The translations under genes were made by a program, and so were the position numbers. Shown here piece after piece: positions 1 to 10,189 of a stretch of 64,000 nucleotides of DNA (the first letter of the stretch is position 1; every line of letters starts with the position of its first letter). Source of the DNA: a virus; IMG/VR virus record IMGVR_UViG_3300012933_000155, positions 32,001-96,000 of that record. One strand, given 5' to 3'. The notes under the pieces are model-generated. The model was given only the letters and a program-made list of their open reading frames with translations. It was not told where the DNA came from and did no database searches.

Positions 1-13
1 ATAAGGATAGAGA

Positions 14-1000
14 ATGACTTACGCAGCAAATCAAAAAATACTTGCTAACGACTATAATGGTTTGTTGGGCACAGGTACCGAAGCAAACGCACTTAACACT
101 GTGTGGGCATCAGGTACAAGTAGAGCCGGCTATGGTCAGACTGCTCTTACAACCGTAATCTCTCCGGCTAAAGTCGCAGCAGCCCCTTGGGCAACACTAG
201 TATCCAGAGTAAATTCGATTGCTAGTCATCAAGGTTCGGCTATTACCGCTGTAACAGCTCCTGCATCTGGTGGTAAAGTTGTCGCACTATCTGCTATTCC
301 AGTTAACTTAACTACAATTTATAATAACAGAAACAACGCTGCCGGTCAAGGAACTACATACTCTTTGCCAGTAGCAACTCAAACTACTTGGGGTGATAGA
401 ATTGTTTACACGTTTGTTGTATCGTTCCCCTCAGGTGATGCAGCTCGTTATTACTTCAATGCAGGCGGACAAATCGCCTTCACATTCAGTCATGGTACAA
501 CTACTGCTGGTATTAATGCGTTATTAAACTCATTATGCTCTGCAATGGGAACTGTTGCGTTTAGCGCTCCTAGCTCGGGTACAGTTAATATCGCTGGTAC
601 AAACTATGCTGGTGTTACTAAAGTAGGTGGTTCAGGCTCAGCGGCAGCATTTAGTGCAAACGCAGGTTACTATGCAATGAACACTAGCCCGCAAACTATC
701 ATTAAACAATTAGCAGACCCTGCTAGTTCTTTAACAAAGTATGTTGGTACATTCATTCAAATCGATGCTAAGAGTAACGGTACTCAAGGATCAAAGGGTG
801 ACATGGGTAATATCTTAACATTCACTGTTACAATTGATGAAGTTAGTACTCAGACTAGTGGGTTGACTGTAGCAACAGGAACAACTGCAACTCTTACAAT
901 GCGTCCACCGTCAACTACATATTTGACGAACACTTGGGGCATCTTGCCCGGAAACCCTAGCAATACTATTACAGTTACTGGTTCAGTTTCGGGTTCTTAA
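14..1000 (+). CDS. Putative virion structural (tail/baseplate-associated) protein
   Basis: 328 aa, Thr/Ser/Gly/Ala-rich beta-type composition typical of tail proteins; no catalytic motif. Confidence 0.5.
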   Translation: MTYAANQKILANDYNGLLGTGTEANALNTVWASGTSRAGYGQTALTTVISPAKVAAAPWATLVSRVNSIASHQGSAITAVTAPASGGKVVALSAIPVNLTTIYNNRNNAAGQGTTYSLPVATQTTWGDRIVYTFVVSFPSGDAARYYFNAGGQIAFTFSHGTTTAGINALLNSLCSAMGTVAFSAPSSGTVNIAGTNYAGVTKVGGSGSAAAFSANAGYYAMNTSPQTIIKQLADPASSLTKYVGTFIQIDAKSNGTQGSKGDMGNILTFTVTIDEVSTQTSGLTVATGTTATLTMRPPSTTYLTNTWGILPGNPSNTITVTGSVSGS

Positions 1001-1049
1001 TTAATATATCGGCTCTTCGGTATCCATCTAAATACTCTCAGGAGTACTT

Positions 1050-1355
1050 ATGGATACCGAAGACCTTATTAAAGAAGCCAAAGCAAGATTTAGCCATAAC
1101 AGTGCTAAAGCACAACTTGCAGACAAATACAAAAGCAAACTATCCATTGCCGAACAAGGTGGATTATGGAACATTACCCCTGAACTACTTAGCTTCTTAG
1201 CTAGTTTAGAACAAGAACGTGTCGTAATTATCGATACATTCAACAACCCCGTAAAAGTCGACCGGAGAGAGTTATTAGTTAAGCTATTAACTACTTACAA
1301 TTCCGTTATGGAACAATGGCACAAAGAGTGGACTGAGTTAGAGAACAAAAGATGA
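1050..1355 (+). CDS. Hypothetical protein
   Basis: TAAATA at 1029-1034 and AGGAG SD upstream; ATGA overlap with next gene. Confidence 0.75.
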   Translation: MDTEDLIKEAKARFSHNSAKAQLADKYKSKLSIAEQGGLWNITPELLSFLASLEQERVVIIDTFNNPVKVDRRELLVKLLTTYNSVMEQWHKEWTELENKR

Positions 1356-2152
1356 GCAAAGGCGTAATACTATTTGCCTATAATAACAAGAATGTAGATT
1401 ACTATAAAATGGCAGTTGCTACTGCTAAACGAGTAAACCATTTCTTAAATTTACCCGTCACTGTAGTTACTGACGAGACTACTGACATAGAGAGTTATGG
1501 GTACACATTCGATAAGACTATTATCAATGAAGCAGACAAGTCAAACATCAAAGAAAATACTGCCTGGATTAACAAGGGTAGATTTAATGCATATGAGTTC
1601 AGCCCCTATGACGAGACTATCGTTTTAGATACTGATTATATGATTAACAGCGACACTTTATTAAAGACATTTGATTTTGAATCAGATTTAATGTGTCATA
1701 ACAGAACAAGCGTAATGATGGCTCCAGACGCAGCACAGGAACCATTAAGCACGTACAGCGTTAATACATTGTGGGCTACAGTAATCAGATTTAATAAGTC
1801 ATTGTACGCAAAACAAGTATTTGAATCTATGAAGATGATTCAAAACAATTATACACACTATATGCATTTGTACCGTCTTAATAGCGATATGTACCGTAAC
1901 GACTATTCACTAACGATTGCAACAAGAATCTGTAACGGGCACACAGAAGATACTAGTCAATATCTACCCTGGAATCTAACTCACGTTGGGCAGAATACAA
2001 CGGTATATAAAGTCAACGACAGTGAATTCAACACTGAGTATATGATAATGTACGATAATTGGATCCGCGATAAGTTACGCAAAGAGTATATTACAATCAA
2101 AGATTTTGATTTCCATATGCTTAACAAAAAGAACTTTATGGAGTTAATATGA
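1352..2152 (+). CDS. GT-A-fold nucleotide-diphospho-sugar transferase-like protein
   Basis: N-terminal GVILFA strand and DxD motif (VLDTDY); paralog of the next gene. Confidence 0.6.
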   Translation: MSKGVILFAYNNKNVDYYKMAVATAKRVNHFLNLPVTVVTDETTDIESYGYTFDKTIINEADKSNIKENTAWINKGRFNAYEFSPYDETIVLDTDYMINSDTLLKTFDFESDLMCHNRTSVMMAPDAAQEPLSTYSVNTLWATVIRFNKSLYAKQVFESMKMIQNNYTHYMHLYRLNSDMYRNDYSLTIATRICNGHTEDTSQYLPWNLTHVGQNTTVYKVNDSEFNTEYMIMYDNWIRDKLRKEYITIKDFDFHMLNKKNFMELI

Positions 2153-2946
2153 ATAGAGGCTTTGTAATTTTAGCACAGAATACGAGCACGGTAGATTACG
2201 TCAAGTGTGCAGTATTGTTAGCCAAGAGCATTAAACAACATATGCCCGCAGAATCTGTCTCGATTATCACTGACAATAAAGTAGAAGATGGTATATTTGA
2301 GCATGTTATCCCGTTACCAAAGGGCGACTTAGCTCCTGACAGTGTATGGAAACTTGTAAATGACCATCAAGTATACGAAGCAAGCCCATACGAATACACG
2401 ATTAAGCTAGAAGCTGACATGGTTATAACTAGCGATATCTCATATTGGTGGGATATATTATCGTATAGGGACTTAGTAGTTAGCTCGACTATCAGGAACT
2501 TTAAAGGTGACATTAGCACTAATCAGTTCTATAGAAGATTTATAACTGACAATAACCTCCCCGACGTATATAACGCTGTCACATACTTTAAAAAGAGTGA
2601 CACCGCAAGTGAATTCTTTATGCTTGTTGCTAATATATTCGACAACTGGGAACAATATAAAAAGATATTAAAGTGTGATCCTGAAGAGATTGCTACTACT
2701 GACTGGGTATACTCTATTAGTTGCCATTTAATGGGAGTTGAAAGAACTACACTACCAACATTCACTGAGATGGGTATGACTCATATGAAGCAACATATCA
2801 ACGGGTTGCTTCAACCTGATTGGACTAAAGAGTTAGTCACCGAGTTCTCAATAGACCATATTCGTATTAATGGCTTTGCGCAGAAGTTCCCATTACATTA
2901 TCATGTGAAAGAGTTCTCAAATACTCTGGAGAAATACTATGGATGA
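2149..2946 (+). CDS. GT-A-fold transferase-like protein (paralog of 1352..2152)
   Basis: RGFVILA...YEASPYEYTIKLEADM aligns with KGVILFA...YEFSPYDETIVLDTDY. Confidence 0.6.
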   Translation: MNRGFVILAQNTSTVDYVKCAVLLAKSIKQHMPAESVSIITDNKVEDGIFEHVIPLPKGDLAPDSVWKLVNDHQVYEASPYEYTIKLEADMVITSDISYWWDILSYRDLVVSSTIRNFKGDISTNQFYRRFITDNNLPDVYNAVTYFKKSDTASEFFMLVANIFDNWEQYKKILKCDPEEIATTDWVYSISCHLMGVERTTLPTFTEMGMTHMKQHINGLLQPDWTKELVTEFSIDHIRINGFAQKFPLHYHVKEFSNTLEKYYG

Positions 2947-3268
2947 AGAGATTTATATTGAATTACCTGAGTTTGTTCCGCCCGAATTACGTCTATATTA
3001 TGATGACAACGGCTCAGTAATATGTTATACTTGTGATATACTTGAAGGGAACTATATTATAGTCACCCCTGACGTATTTGCACAAGGTCGACCCGATATT
3101 AAAGTAATTGACGGTAAAGTACAAGAGAAGTTCAACGGCTTAGTGTTGTCGATACTAGAGAAATCTACTACAGGAACAACTACTGTGTTTGATGATATCA
3201 GTATTGTAGTTGACAGTGAGTACAAGGGAAAGACACAACAATGGGAATTAAAGCATTATGAGTTATGA
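2939..3268 (+). CDS. Hypothetical protein in glycosyltransferase operon
   Basis: Overlaps both neighbours; 109 aa. Confidence 0.65.
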   Translation: MDEEIYIELPEFVPPELRLYYDDNGSVICYTCDILEGNYIIVTPDVFAQGRPDIKVIDGKVQEKFNGLVLSILEKSTTGTTTVFDDISIVVDSEYKGKTQQWELKHYEL

Positions 3269-4205
3269 GATAGTAGACGTAGCCGATTTAGACGTAGTAT
3301 ACTTGAGCTATGATGAGCCACAGAAAGAAGAATTCTGGGTCAAGATTAAGAACATGGTACCCTGGGCAAAGCGTGTCGACGGTGTTAAGGGCAGTGATGC
3401 AGCACACAAAGCTGCCGCAGAAGCCTCAGATACTGAACGATTTATTTTAATTGACGGGGATAATCTTCCTAATAAAGAATTCTTCAACATTCAATTAGAT
3501 TATACTGACAAAGACCCTACATTTACAACAGCTCAATATCGCTGGAGAGCAGTTAATAGCATCAACGGCTTGCGTTATGGTAACGGTGGTATTAGTTCTT
3601 GGACTAAAGACTATGTGATGAACATGAAGACACATGAGGCTAGTGACGGTAACGACACTACCACCGTTGACTTTTGTTTAGATAGTACAAACAATCAATA
3701 CTGGGCTATGCACGATTGCTACAGTACAACATACCCTAACTATACACCCTTTCAAGCATGGCGTGCTGGATTCCGTGAAGGTGTAAAGATGTGCCTGAAC
3801 AACGGTAAGAAGCCAAGCGTAGAAGACTTTAAAGAAACAGTTGCAGGACGCAACATGAACAACTTAACTATCTGGCACAACGTAGGACAAGATGTAGAGA
3901 ACGGTATCTGGGCTATTCATGGCTCACGATTAGGTACTTACATGACTATGTTATCAGATTGGAATCCACAAGAAGTTCAATGGTTTGACAACTTTCCTGA
4001 ACTGTGGGAAAAGTATAAAGACAGAGACCCGCATTATTCAGCAACGTTCTTTGGCGAAGCATTATCTGATAAATTAGACTTGCCTATGTGTATGTTATCC
4101 TCTGACCAAAGTAAGTTCTTTAAGCGTCACTATAATAGTGATAAGCACAACTTAGGACCTTTAGTCAGAGAGATGGATGTTATACGTCGGATCGAAGGTT
4201 GGTAA
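3258..4205 (+). CDS. Glycosyltransferase-like protein
   Basis: LDVVYLSYDE...RVDGVKGSDAAHKAAAEAS...FILIDGDN (DxD); homologous to the C-terminus of 10190..12883. Confidence 0.6.
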   Translation: MSYEIVDVADLDVVYLSYDEPQKEEFWVKIKNMVPWAKRVDGVKGSDAAHKAAAEASDTERFILIDGDNLPNKEFFNIQLDYTDKDPTFTTAQYRWRAVNSINGLRYGNGGISSWTKDYVMNMKTHEASDGNDTTTVDFCLDSTNNQYWAMHDCYSTTYPNYTPFQAWRAGFREGVKMCLNNGKKPSVEDFKETVAGRNMNNLTIWHNVGQDVENGIWAIHGSRLGTYMTMLSDWNPQEVQWFDNFPELWEKYKDRDPHYSATFFGEALSDKLDLPMCMLSSDQSKFFKRHYNSDKHNLGPLVREMDVIRRIEGW

Positions 4206-6195
4206 TAGGAATTACTTTTTTACGGTACTGAGCATGTACCGTTTCTTTTACCTGGTTAACGTCAGATACAAAGTCTCTGATATTACCTTGCTTAATAATA
4301 GACTGAGAGAAAGTCTTATCTTCAACACTTCTCTCCTGCTCATATAAGACTTTCTTACCCTCGTCTAGTGCAATATGTTTAAGAGCATGACCTAGAATTA
4401 AATGGTAATCTCCGTTATCCTCTACGTTAACTGAGAATTGACAAGTATAGTCGTTAACAATCCAGCTACCGAATGTAGTTGAATCTTTAGTTGGGTCAAA
4501 CTGAATAGTCAGATTGAAACCGCCGAAATACTTAAACAACCCAACCATTATCGACAGATATTCATTACTAATGATATCTTCGAACTTAACGTCACCGTTA
4601 AACTCTAGTTTTGCAAACTCGTCAGGAGACTCATATTCTTTACATGTATTCTTAGTAGAGAACGTATAGAATTCCTCAATATTATAGTAACGTTGACTGT
4701 TAATAATAGTTGAGTTACTGTTATTTGCTAAGATATCTAACCAGACATGTAATAACTTGATACGGATGAATCTATTTAAAATAGTATTCTTGTATCCTAA
4801 CGTATACCAAGCGTCTAAGAACGTTGCACCGTCACCGATAGCATTTTGTCCTGCAATGTTATAAGTCTTCCAGTCAGTATACATGTGACTTGCGATAACA
4901 GGTCCAGCACCGAATCCAGGACTAATCGCCCCAATATGTGTTCTAGCGTTAGCTAACAACTGTAGACTATGTAAGAAGTCAATAGGTTCTTCTGTAGGGA
5001 ATCCAATAATCCAGTTAACGTGATTGAATAACCCAACTTCTTGCCCATGCTTTAAGTTACTTTCAACTTCCCAGATATCAATCTTCTTGCGCATATCTGT
5101 TAATACTTTCTGGCTACCAGACTCTACACCGTAACTAATACATGTGCAGCCCGATTCGGCAATCTTTTGAATAAACTCTTTATCCATTCTGCCGTCACAT
5201 CTAGCATAACTATTCCATTGAATCTTTAATTTCTTCTCTAGTATTAAGTCTACTAATCTTCTGAAATTCTTTAAATTACCGTTAACTAAGCTGTCAACAA
5301 ACCAGAATCTAGATATACCATAGTTATTGATTTGATGTTCCATCTCTTCAACCACTTGCTCAGGGGTTCTGCTTCTAAACTTCCAGAAGTAAGTCTCGGA
5401 ACAAAAGCTACACTCAGCAACACACCCGCGAGATGTTTCAATACTAGCACCGTCGGGATGCTGATAGTTCTTTAAGTTATAGTCACTATAGTCGGGGAAT
5501 GCGCTTTTCTCTAAGTTAAGTTTACTATCAGTAGTACCGATTTTTATACGTGTAGGATACTCGTCAGGAAGTTCTTCTAATACAGATATTAAAGTCTCCT
5601 CAGCTTCGCCGATAAACAAATAGTTAAATGGTAACTTACTCAATGTATTACCCGACATAACTTCAGGACCACCTGCAATGAAACAACTGTTGGGTAATAA
5701 TCGTTTTAATTCATTAACAATATACGTAGAAGCAAGCAAGTTTGTATTATATAAGCTGAACCCGATAACTCTAGGATTAGCTTTTACAATGTCATTGATT
5801 GTTTTATCAAATAAGGGCTTTAATAAAGGTAATATCTCATTATCAAACGATTCATTAGTGACCCAGACATGAAAGTTCTCCCCGCGCCAATAGTCTTTAT
5901 TAACCGTATGATATGATTCAATGTTTAAGTCATAGACCTTAGTGCTGTAACCAAAATGCCTTAGATTGCCCGTCAACTTAGCTAAGTTATAGGGAGGAAA
6001 CAATACACCCCACGCAGGGGCTATAATCATTGCTACTCTGAACTTATCTGTATCTTGCCAAGCAATGTCTGGGTTGACAAAGCCTAGCTCGTTAGTAGAA
6101 CTAACATTACCTAAATGACTCTCTGCATGATTCAAATTGTCTTTAGCTAATATATGCTCAAGTATTACTTGGTCTCGGTCTTTATGTTGATTCAT
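4180..6195 (-). CDS. Cobalamin-binding radical SAM protein (class B-like)
   Basis: B12-binding domain features (PYNLAKL, VIGFS, IAGGPE) followed by CxxxCxxC (RGCVAECSFC), YGVESGS and WIIGFP. Confidence 0.85.
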   Translation of the reverse strand: MNQHKDRDQVILEHILAKDNLNHAESHLGNVSSTNELGFVNPDIAWQDTDKFRVAMIIAPAWGVLFPPYNLAKLTGNLRHFGYSTKVYDLNIESYHTVNKDYWRGENFHVWVTNESFDNEILPLLKPLFDKTINDIVKANPRVIGFSLYNTNLLASTYIVNELKRLLPNSCFIAGGPEVMSGNTLSKLPFNYLFIGEAEETLISVLEELPDEYPTRIKIGTTDSKLNLEKSAFPDYSDYNLKNYQHPDGASIETSRGCVAECSFCSETYFWKFRSRTPEQVVEEMEHQINNYGISRFWFVDSLVNGNLKNFRRLVDLILEKKLKIQWNSYARCDGRMDKEFIQKIAESGCTCISYGVESGSQKVLTDMRKKIDIWEVESNLKHGQEVGLFNHVNWIIGFPTEEPIDFLHSLQLLANARTHIGAISPGFGAGPVIASHMYTDWKTYNIAGQNAIGDGATFLDAWYTLGYKNTILNRFIRIKLLHVWLDILANNSNSTIINSQRYYNIEEFYTFSTKNTCKEYESPDEFAKLEFNGDVKFEDIISNEYLSIMVGLFKYFGGFNLTIQFDPTKDSTTFGSWIVNDYTCQFSVNVEDNGDYHLILGHALKHIALDEGKKVLYEQERSVEDKTFSQSIIKQGNIRDFVSDVNQVKETVHAQYRKKVIPITNLRSDV
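4217..4230. repeat. Left arm of 14-bp inverted repeat bounding the radical SAM cassette
   Basis: tttttacggtactg is the exact reverse complement of 8632-8645. Confidence 0.8.
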
Positions 6196-7301
6196 GGTGG
6201 CAATAGTGAACTCATGTTACCTAACTTCATATTTGGGTGCTTGAAGACAGGGTCTTTCAATATCTCAATTAACTCATCTCTACCGATATGTCCATCTTGC
6301 CATACAGCCATTCCCTTAAAGCGTTCGTCATCTAAGTGATGCCACTGAGCTAATAGATTAGTCCAGACTTTGGGGTTTGATTTGAATGATGTTTGCCAAT
6401 GTGCATATTCACGCAATTCTTTGTAATTATCACGTTGAACTACGAAATTAGTCTGCCAATTAAACATACGTGGGAAGCACTTGTTAACTGCCATCTCGTC
6501 TAATACTTCTAAGTTCTTCTTTAAACGCTTGAAGTTACCGTTCTTTCTAACAATCTTATATGTGTCTTCGTTAAACGCATCAACGCTTACTTCGATAAAT
6601 TCAATGTTAGGCCATAGTGGCTTAATGCTTTCCCAGTTCTCTTTAGTCATCATTACACCGTTTGTTTTGATGTTGATTCTAAGATTGTCTGGAACACTTT
6701 GTCCTGCAAGCTCTACTAAGTAACTCCAGTACAATGGGCTAGCAAAAGCATCCCCTGAGCCAGTGATGTTTAAATTAACAATTTTATGCTGTACTAGCAT
6801 CTTGTTAACTAAGTCTTTAACCTTCTGATGAATGATTTTAATACGCTGACCGTTCTTATCTTCAAGGTCTTCAGTGTCCCATACTATTAACTTATCTCTA
6901 CAGCTAGGGCATTGTAAGTTGCAACTTAAATCATAACTAAAGCCAATATTCATTGTGCTATTTTCTAATTCTCTGTCTAAGTTTTCTTTAGGAATAATGT
7001 CCCAATAGTCTTTGCGACCGTTCATAAACGAACTTAGCTGAGGACATTGGTCATTACATTGGTCGAAGCAACCTCTTCGCATATCGTCTTGTACGTTCTT
7101 GCGATTGATGTTGTTTAATACTTCTTCTACAGATTGATGTAGCAAGTTACCCGCATCTACTGGTAACCAAGTACCACAGCAGATAGTTACTGCACCATAT
7201 GAATGAATCTCTATATGCTTGAACGGGACCTTGCAACTATAGTTTGAAAGGTCACTAACGTTCTTATAATGTGACTCTGGTTGTATAATAAATTTAGGCA
7301 T
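6192..7301 (-). CDS. Radical SAM protein with N-terminal SPASM/twitch-like Cys cluster
   Basis: CKVPF...TICC...C; CNLQCPSC; TNG and VSVDA core motifs. Confidence 0.85.
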   Translation of the reverse strand: MPKFIIQPESHYKNVSDLSNYSCKVPFKHIEIHSYGAVTICCGTWLPVDAGNLLHQSVEEVLNNINRKNVQDDMRRGCFDQCNDQCPQLSSFMNGRKDYWDIIPKENLDRELENSTMNIGFSYDLSCNLQCPSCRDKLIVWDTEDLEDKNGQRIKIIHQKVKDLVNKMLVQHKIVNLNITGSGDAFASPLYWSYLVELAGQSVPDNLRINIKTNGVMMTKENWESIKPLWPNIEFIEVSVDAFNEDTYKIVRKNGNFKRLKKNLEVLDEMAVNKCFPRMFNWQTNFVVQRDNYKELREYAHWQTSFKSNPKVWTNLLAQWHHLDDERFKGMAVWQDGHIGRDELIEILKDPVFKHPNMKLGNMSSLLPP

Positions 7302-8536
7302 TATTTTAAAATCTCAATTAATTCAGGTAAAGTCTTTAATGAATTCTCATCTCTGATAGCATCGATTTTAAGCATCTCAGCTTTAAATCTCTCTGCCATT
7401 TTCGGGTTGTGAGGCTTCTCTAAGTGCCAGAATAAGTGCAAGAACTTGTTTCTAATATCTACTTTAAATCTAGTATTGTAATCTGAAATAAAGTTCTCTA
7501 ACTTGTCACGGATCTTTAGTCTAGTAGCATCGGGTAAGGTACTTACATGATAGTGTGGACCGAACTCTAATACGTTGAAACTGAAGTTCTGCCAGTACTC
7601 GTCCGACTCTCTAATGACGCCGATATCAACTAATCTATTGATAACCTCAGGGATTCTATGCACGTTCATGTTACTAACAGTCATGCTTGGCTTAACGTGA
7701 ATATCTAACTCAACTACTTTAATTAAGTTTTCTTCAACTGTTTTCCAATTAGTACCCGCACGAATTAATTCAGCACGGTCATCAATCTCGTCAATACTAG
7801 GCCATAACCAAATTCTTCTGCCCCATTTCTTCCAATAATCAAGGACATTTTTGTTCTTATATGTTAGTTTGCTTAAATTGCTGTTGTACGTTAAGATAAC
7901 ATCGTATCTTTCACTCTTGTCTAGCATGTCTAAGATTTGCCAATGTTCGTCCATTAGTAACGGCTCACCACCTGCAAAGTAGACTTTCTCTACGATATTA
8001 ACATACTTCTTTAAGAAGTCTACATTGGTTGATTCATCAACTGAATCGATGCCGATAACTTTGTCGTTACGTTTCTCATCCATCCAGCCCAATTGTCGAG
8101 CGTCAGGGATCCAAGAGCTAGAGAACTCTGGTCCGCATGTTCTGCATTTATAGTTGCAAAGATTGCTAAATCTAAAGTCCCAGTAACGTAAGTCAACTTT
8201 GTCAACGTGCCCGTCTGTTTGTGTGATAACGGGAATCTCGTTAAGTTTGCTACTGAAATATCTATTGTGGTTGATTCTAGTGCTATGCCCGCTACTACGT
8301 TCGCTTTCAAAGCAACGTGAGCACATGCTTGGCTCTTCACCGTTAATCATTTGTACACGAACTTTCTTCATGTACTCACTGTTCCAAACTTCTTCGATAG
8401 TCTGAGTATTCAAATCTCCTGCATACCCTGTAAAGTCTGTTGTCATACAGCACGGGTAAACCTTACCCCTAGGGATAATGTTAAGATGTGTCCATGGGAT
8501 AGCGCAAATTGTATTTTTCATTAGTGTATATATCAA
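7301..8536 (-). CDS. Radical SAM protein with N-terminal SPASM/twitch-like Cys cluster
   Basis: CAIPW...YPCC...CSRC; CNYKCRTC; FAGGEPLL. Confidence 0.9.
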   Translation of the reverse strand: MIYTLMKNTICAIPWTHLNIIPRGKVYPCCMTTDFTGYAGDLNTQTIEEVWNSEYMKKVRVQMINGEEPSMCSRCFESERSSGHSTRINHNRYFSSKLNEIPVITQTDGHVDKVDLRYWDFRFSNLCNYKCRTCGPEFSSSWIPDARQLGWMDEKRNDKVIGIDSVDESTNVDFLKKYVNIVEKVYFAGGEPLLMDEHWQILDMLDKSERYDVILTYNSNLSKLTYKNKNVLDYWKKWGRRIWLWPSIDEIDDRAELIRAGTNWKTVEENLIKVVELDIHVKPSMTVSNMNVHRIPEVINRLVDIGVIRESDEYWQNFSFNVLEFGPHYHVSTLPDATRLKIRDKLENFISDYNTRFKVDIRNKFLHLFWHLEKPHNPKMAERFKAEMLKIDAIRDENSLKTLPELIEILK

Positions 8537-8589
8537 GGTTGCGGCAGTAGGCTAAAAATACAACAACTACTTAGCTGATTAAATATCGT

Positions 8590-8685
8590 ATGTTTATAAT
8601 TAATTTCTTCAAGCGTCTTGTACGTGAATACCAGTACCGTAAAAAGCTAAAAAAACTACGTGACAGAGACCCATTTATCTATTGA
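8590..8685 (+). CDS. 31-aa basic peptide upstream of carbamoyltransferase (not in ORF track)
   Basis: MFIINFFKRLVREYQYRKKLKKLRDRDPFIY; TAAATA at 8580-8585; stop 1 nt before next ATG. Confidence 0.6.
   Translation: MFIINFFKRLVREYQYRKKLKKLRDRDPFIY
8632..8645. repeat. Right arm of 14-bp inverted repeat
   Basis: cagtaccgtaaaaa. Confidence 0.8.
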
Positions 8686-8686
8686 T

Positions 8687-10168
8687 ATGAATTATATTGG
8701 ATTAAGTTCAGGCTTTCACGATGCCGCTGTTACTGTTATCAACGATAAGGGTGATATAGTCTTTGCTGGGCACAACGAACGTTATAGTAAAATCAAGCAC
8801 GATAAACGTATTGACAGTGAGTTAATGGCTGATGCTATGTATAAAGTTAAGGGTGACTTTGAAGTTCATTACTATGAGAAACCCTTATTAAAGTTCTTGC
8901 GTCAATTACGTGCGGGTGAAAAGCCCTCATTACGTAGTTTAAATCCCCGAAACAGTCTTAGCTATCTTGCTAATATGTTCTTAAAGGATAAGAAGATACA
9001 CACGCATAGTCATCATTTAAGTCACGCGGCTGCAGGCTTTCAGACTAGTCCCTACGATGATGCAACCGTTGTAGTGATTGACGCTATCGGAGAGTTTGAA
9101 ACTATTACTATATATGACGCTACATATGTTAATGGTAAAGCCAAGTATAAGAAACTATATAGTAAAACTTACCCAGACAGTATTGGGTTGTTCTATAGTG
9201 CTATGACCAAACGTGTAGGGCTAAAGCCCCTAGACGAAGAATATATACTAATGGGCATGGCTGCATACGGTGAGCCCAAACACTATACTAGTTTACACGT
9301 AGATATGCTAGAATCTTCAAGCGAGATTGACTTCAAAACTAATCTACATATTGGTGTAAATGATGATTATCTTGCAGGCGCTGACGATATGGACATTGCC
9401 GCAAGTACGCAATTACTTACTGAACACTTAATAAAGAATGTAATACGTAAAGCTAGATTACTTGGTAAGAGTAAAAATCTAGTATATGGTGGAGGCGTAG
9501 CATTAAATTGTTTAGCTAATAGATTATTAGGAGAATATTTTGAACAGATATGGATTATTCCTAATCCCGGTGATGCTGGTTCTAGCCTTGGTGCTGCCGC
9601 TCTGGGCTTTGGAGGTAAAGTTAACTTTGTCAATAGTTATCTGGGGCATTGTATTCCTGGCAGTTATCCTGTTAACGACTTACTTGATGAGTTGCTTGTT
9701 AAGCAGATTGTGGGAGTGGCATCCGGACATGCCGAGTTTGGCCCACGTGCCCTGGGCAACCGTAGTCTCTTGGGCGATCCAAGAGGGATACATATTAAGG
9801 AAAGAGTAAATGAAATTAAACGAAGACAGCAATTTAGACCCTTTGCGCCAGTTATTCTGGAAGAATTGGTTGACGAGTATTTTATTATGCCTGACAATTG
9901 GCGTGATAGTCGCTACATGCAAGTCATCTGTACTTGCAGGTTTCCTGACTTATTTCCTGCTATCGTTCATCACGACGGGACTAGTCGTGTCCAGACTGTG
10001 CCAAAAGATGGATCAGGAATCAGAGAACTCCTCGAAAAGTGGTACATCTTAACTGATTGTCCTATGCTGTTAAACACTAGCTTAAACATTAGAGGCGAGC
10101 CAATGGTTAATAATCGTAGTGATGCAGATAGATTTGAAAGACTATACAACGTTAAAGTACTGTCATGA
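8687..10168 (+). CDS. Carbamoyltransferase (NodU/CmcH family)
   Basis: GFHDAA, HHLSHAAAGF, VIDAIGE, EFGPRALGNRS, RPFAP, LLNTSLN; start moved to ATG 8687. Confidence 0.95.
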   Translation: MNYIGLSSGFHDAAVTVINDKGDIVFAGHNERYSKIKHDKRIDSELMADAMYKVKGDFEVHYYEKPLLKFLRQLRAGEKPSLRSLNPRNSLSYLANMFLKDKKIHTHSHHLSHAAAGFQTSPYDDATVVVIDAIGEFETITIYDATYVNGKAKYKKLYSKTYPDSIGLFYSAMTKRVGLKPLDEEYILMGMAAYGEPKHYTSLHVDMLESSSEIDFKTNLHIGVNDDYLAGADDMDIAASTQLLTEHLIKNVIRKARLLGKSKNLVYGGGVALNCLANRLLGEYFEQIWIIPNPGDAGSSLGAAALGFGGKVNFVNSYLGHCIPGSYPVNDLLDELLVKQIVGVASGHAEFGPRALGNRSLLGDPRGIHIKERVNEIKRRQQFRPFAPVILEELVDEYFIMPDNWRDSRYMQVICTCRFPDLFPAIVHHDGTSRVQTVPKDGSGIRELLEKWYILTDCPMLLNTSLNIRGEPMVNNRSDADRFERLYNVKVLS

Positions 10169-10189
10169 CCGTAAGAGTAGGTAATAATA

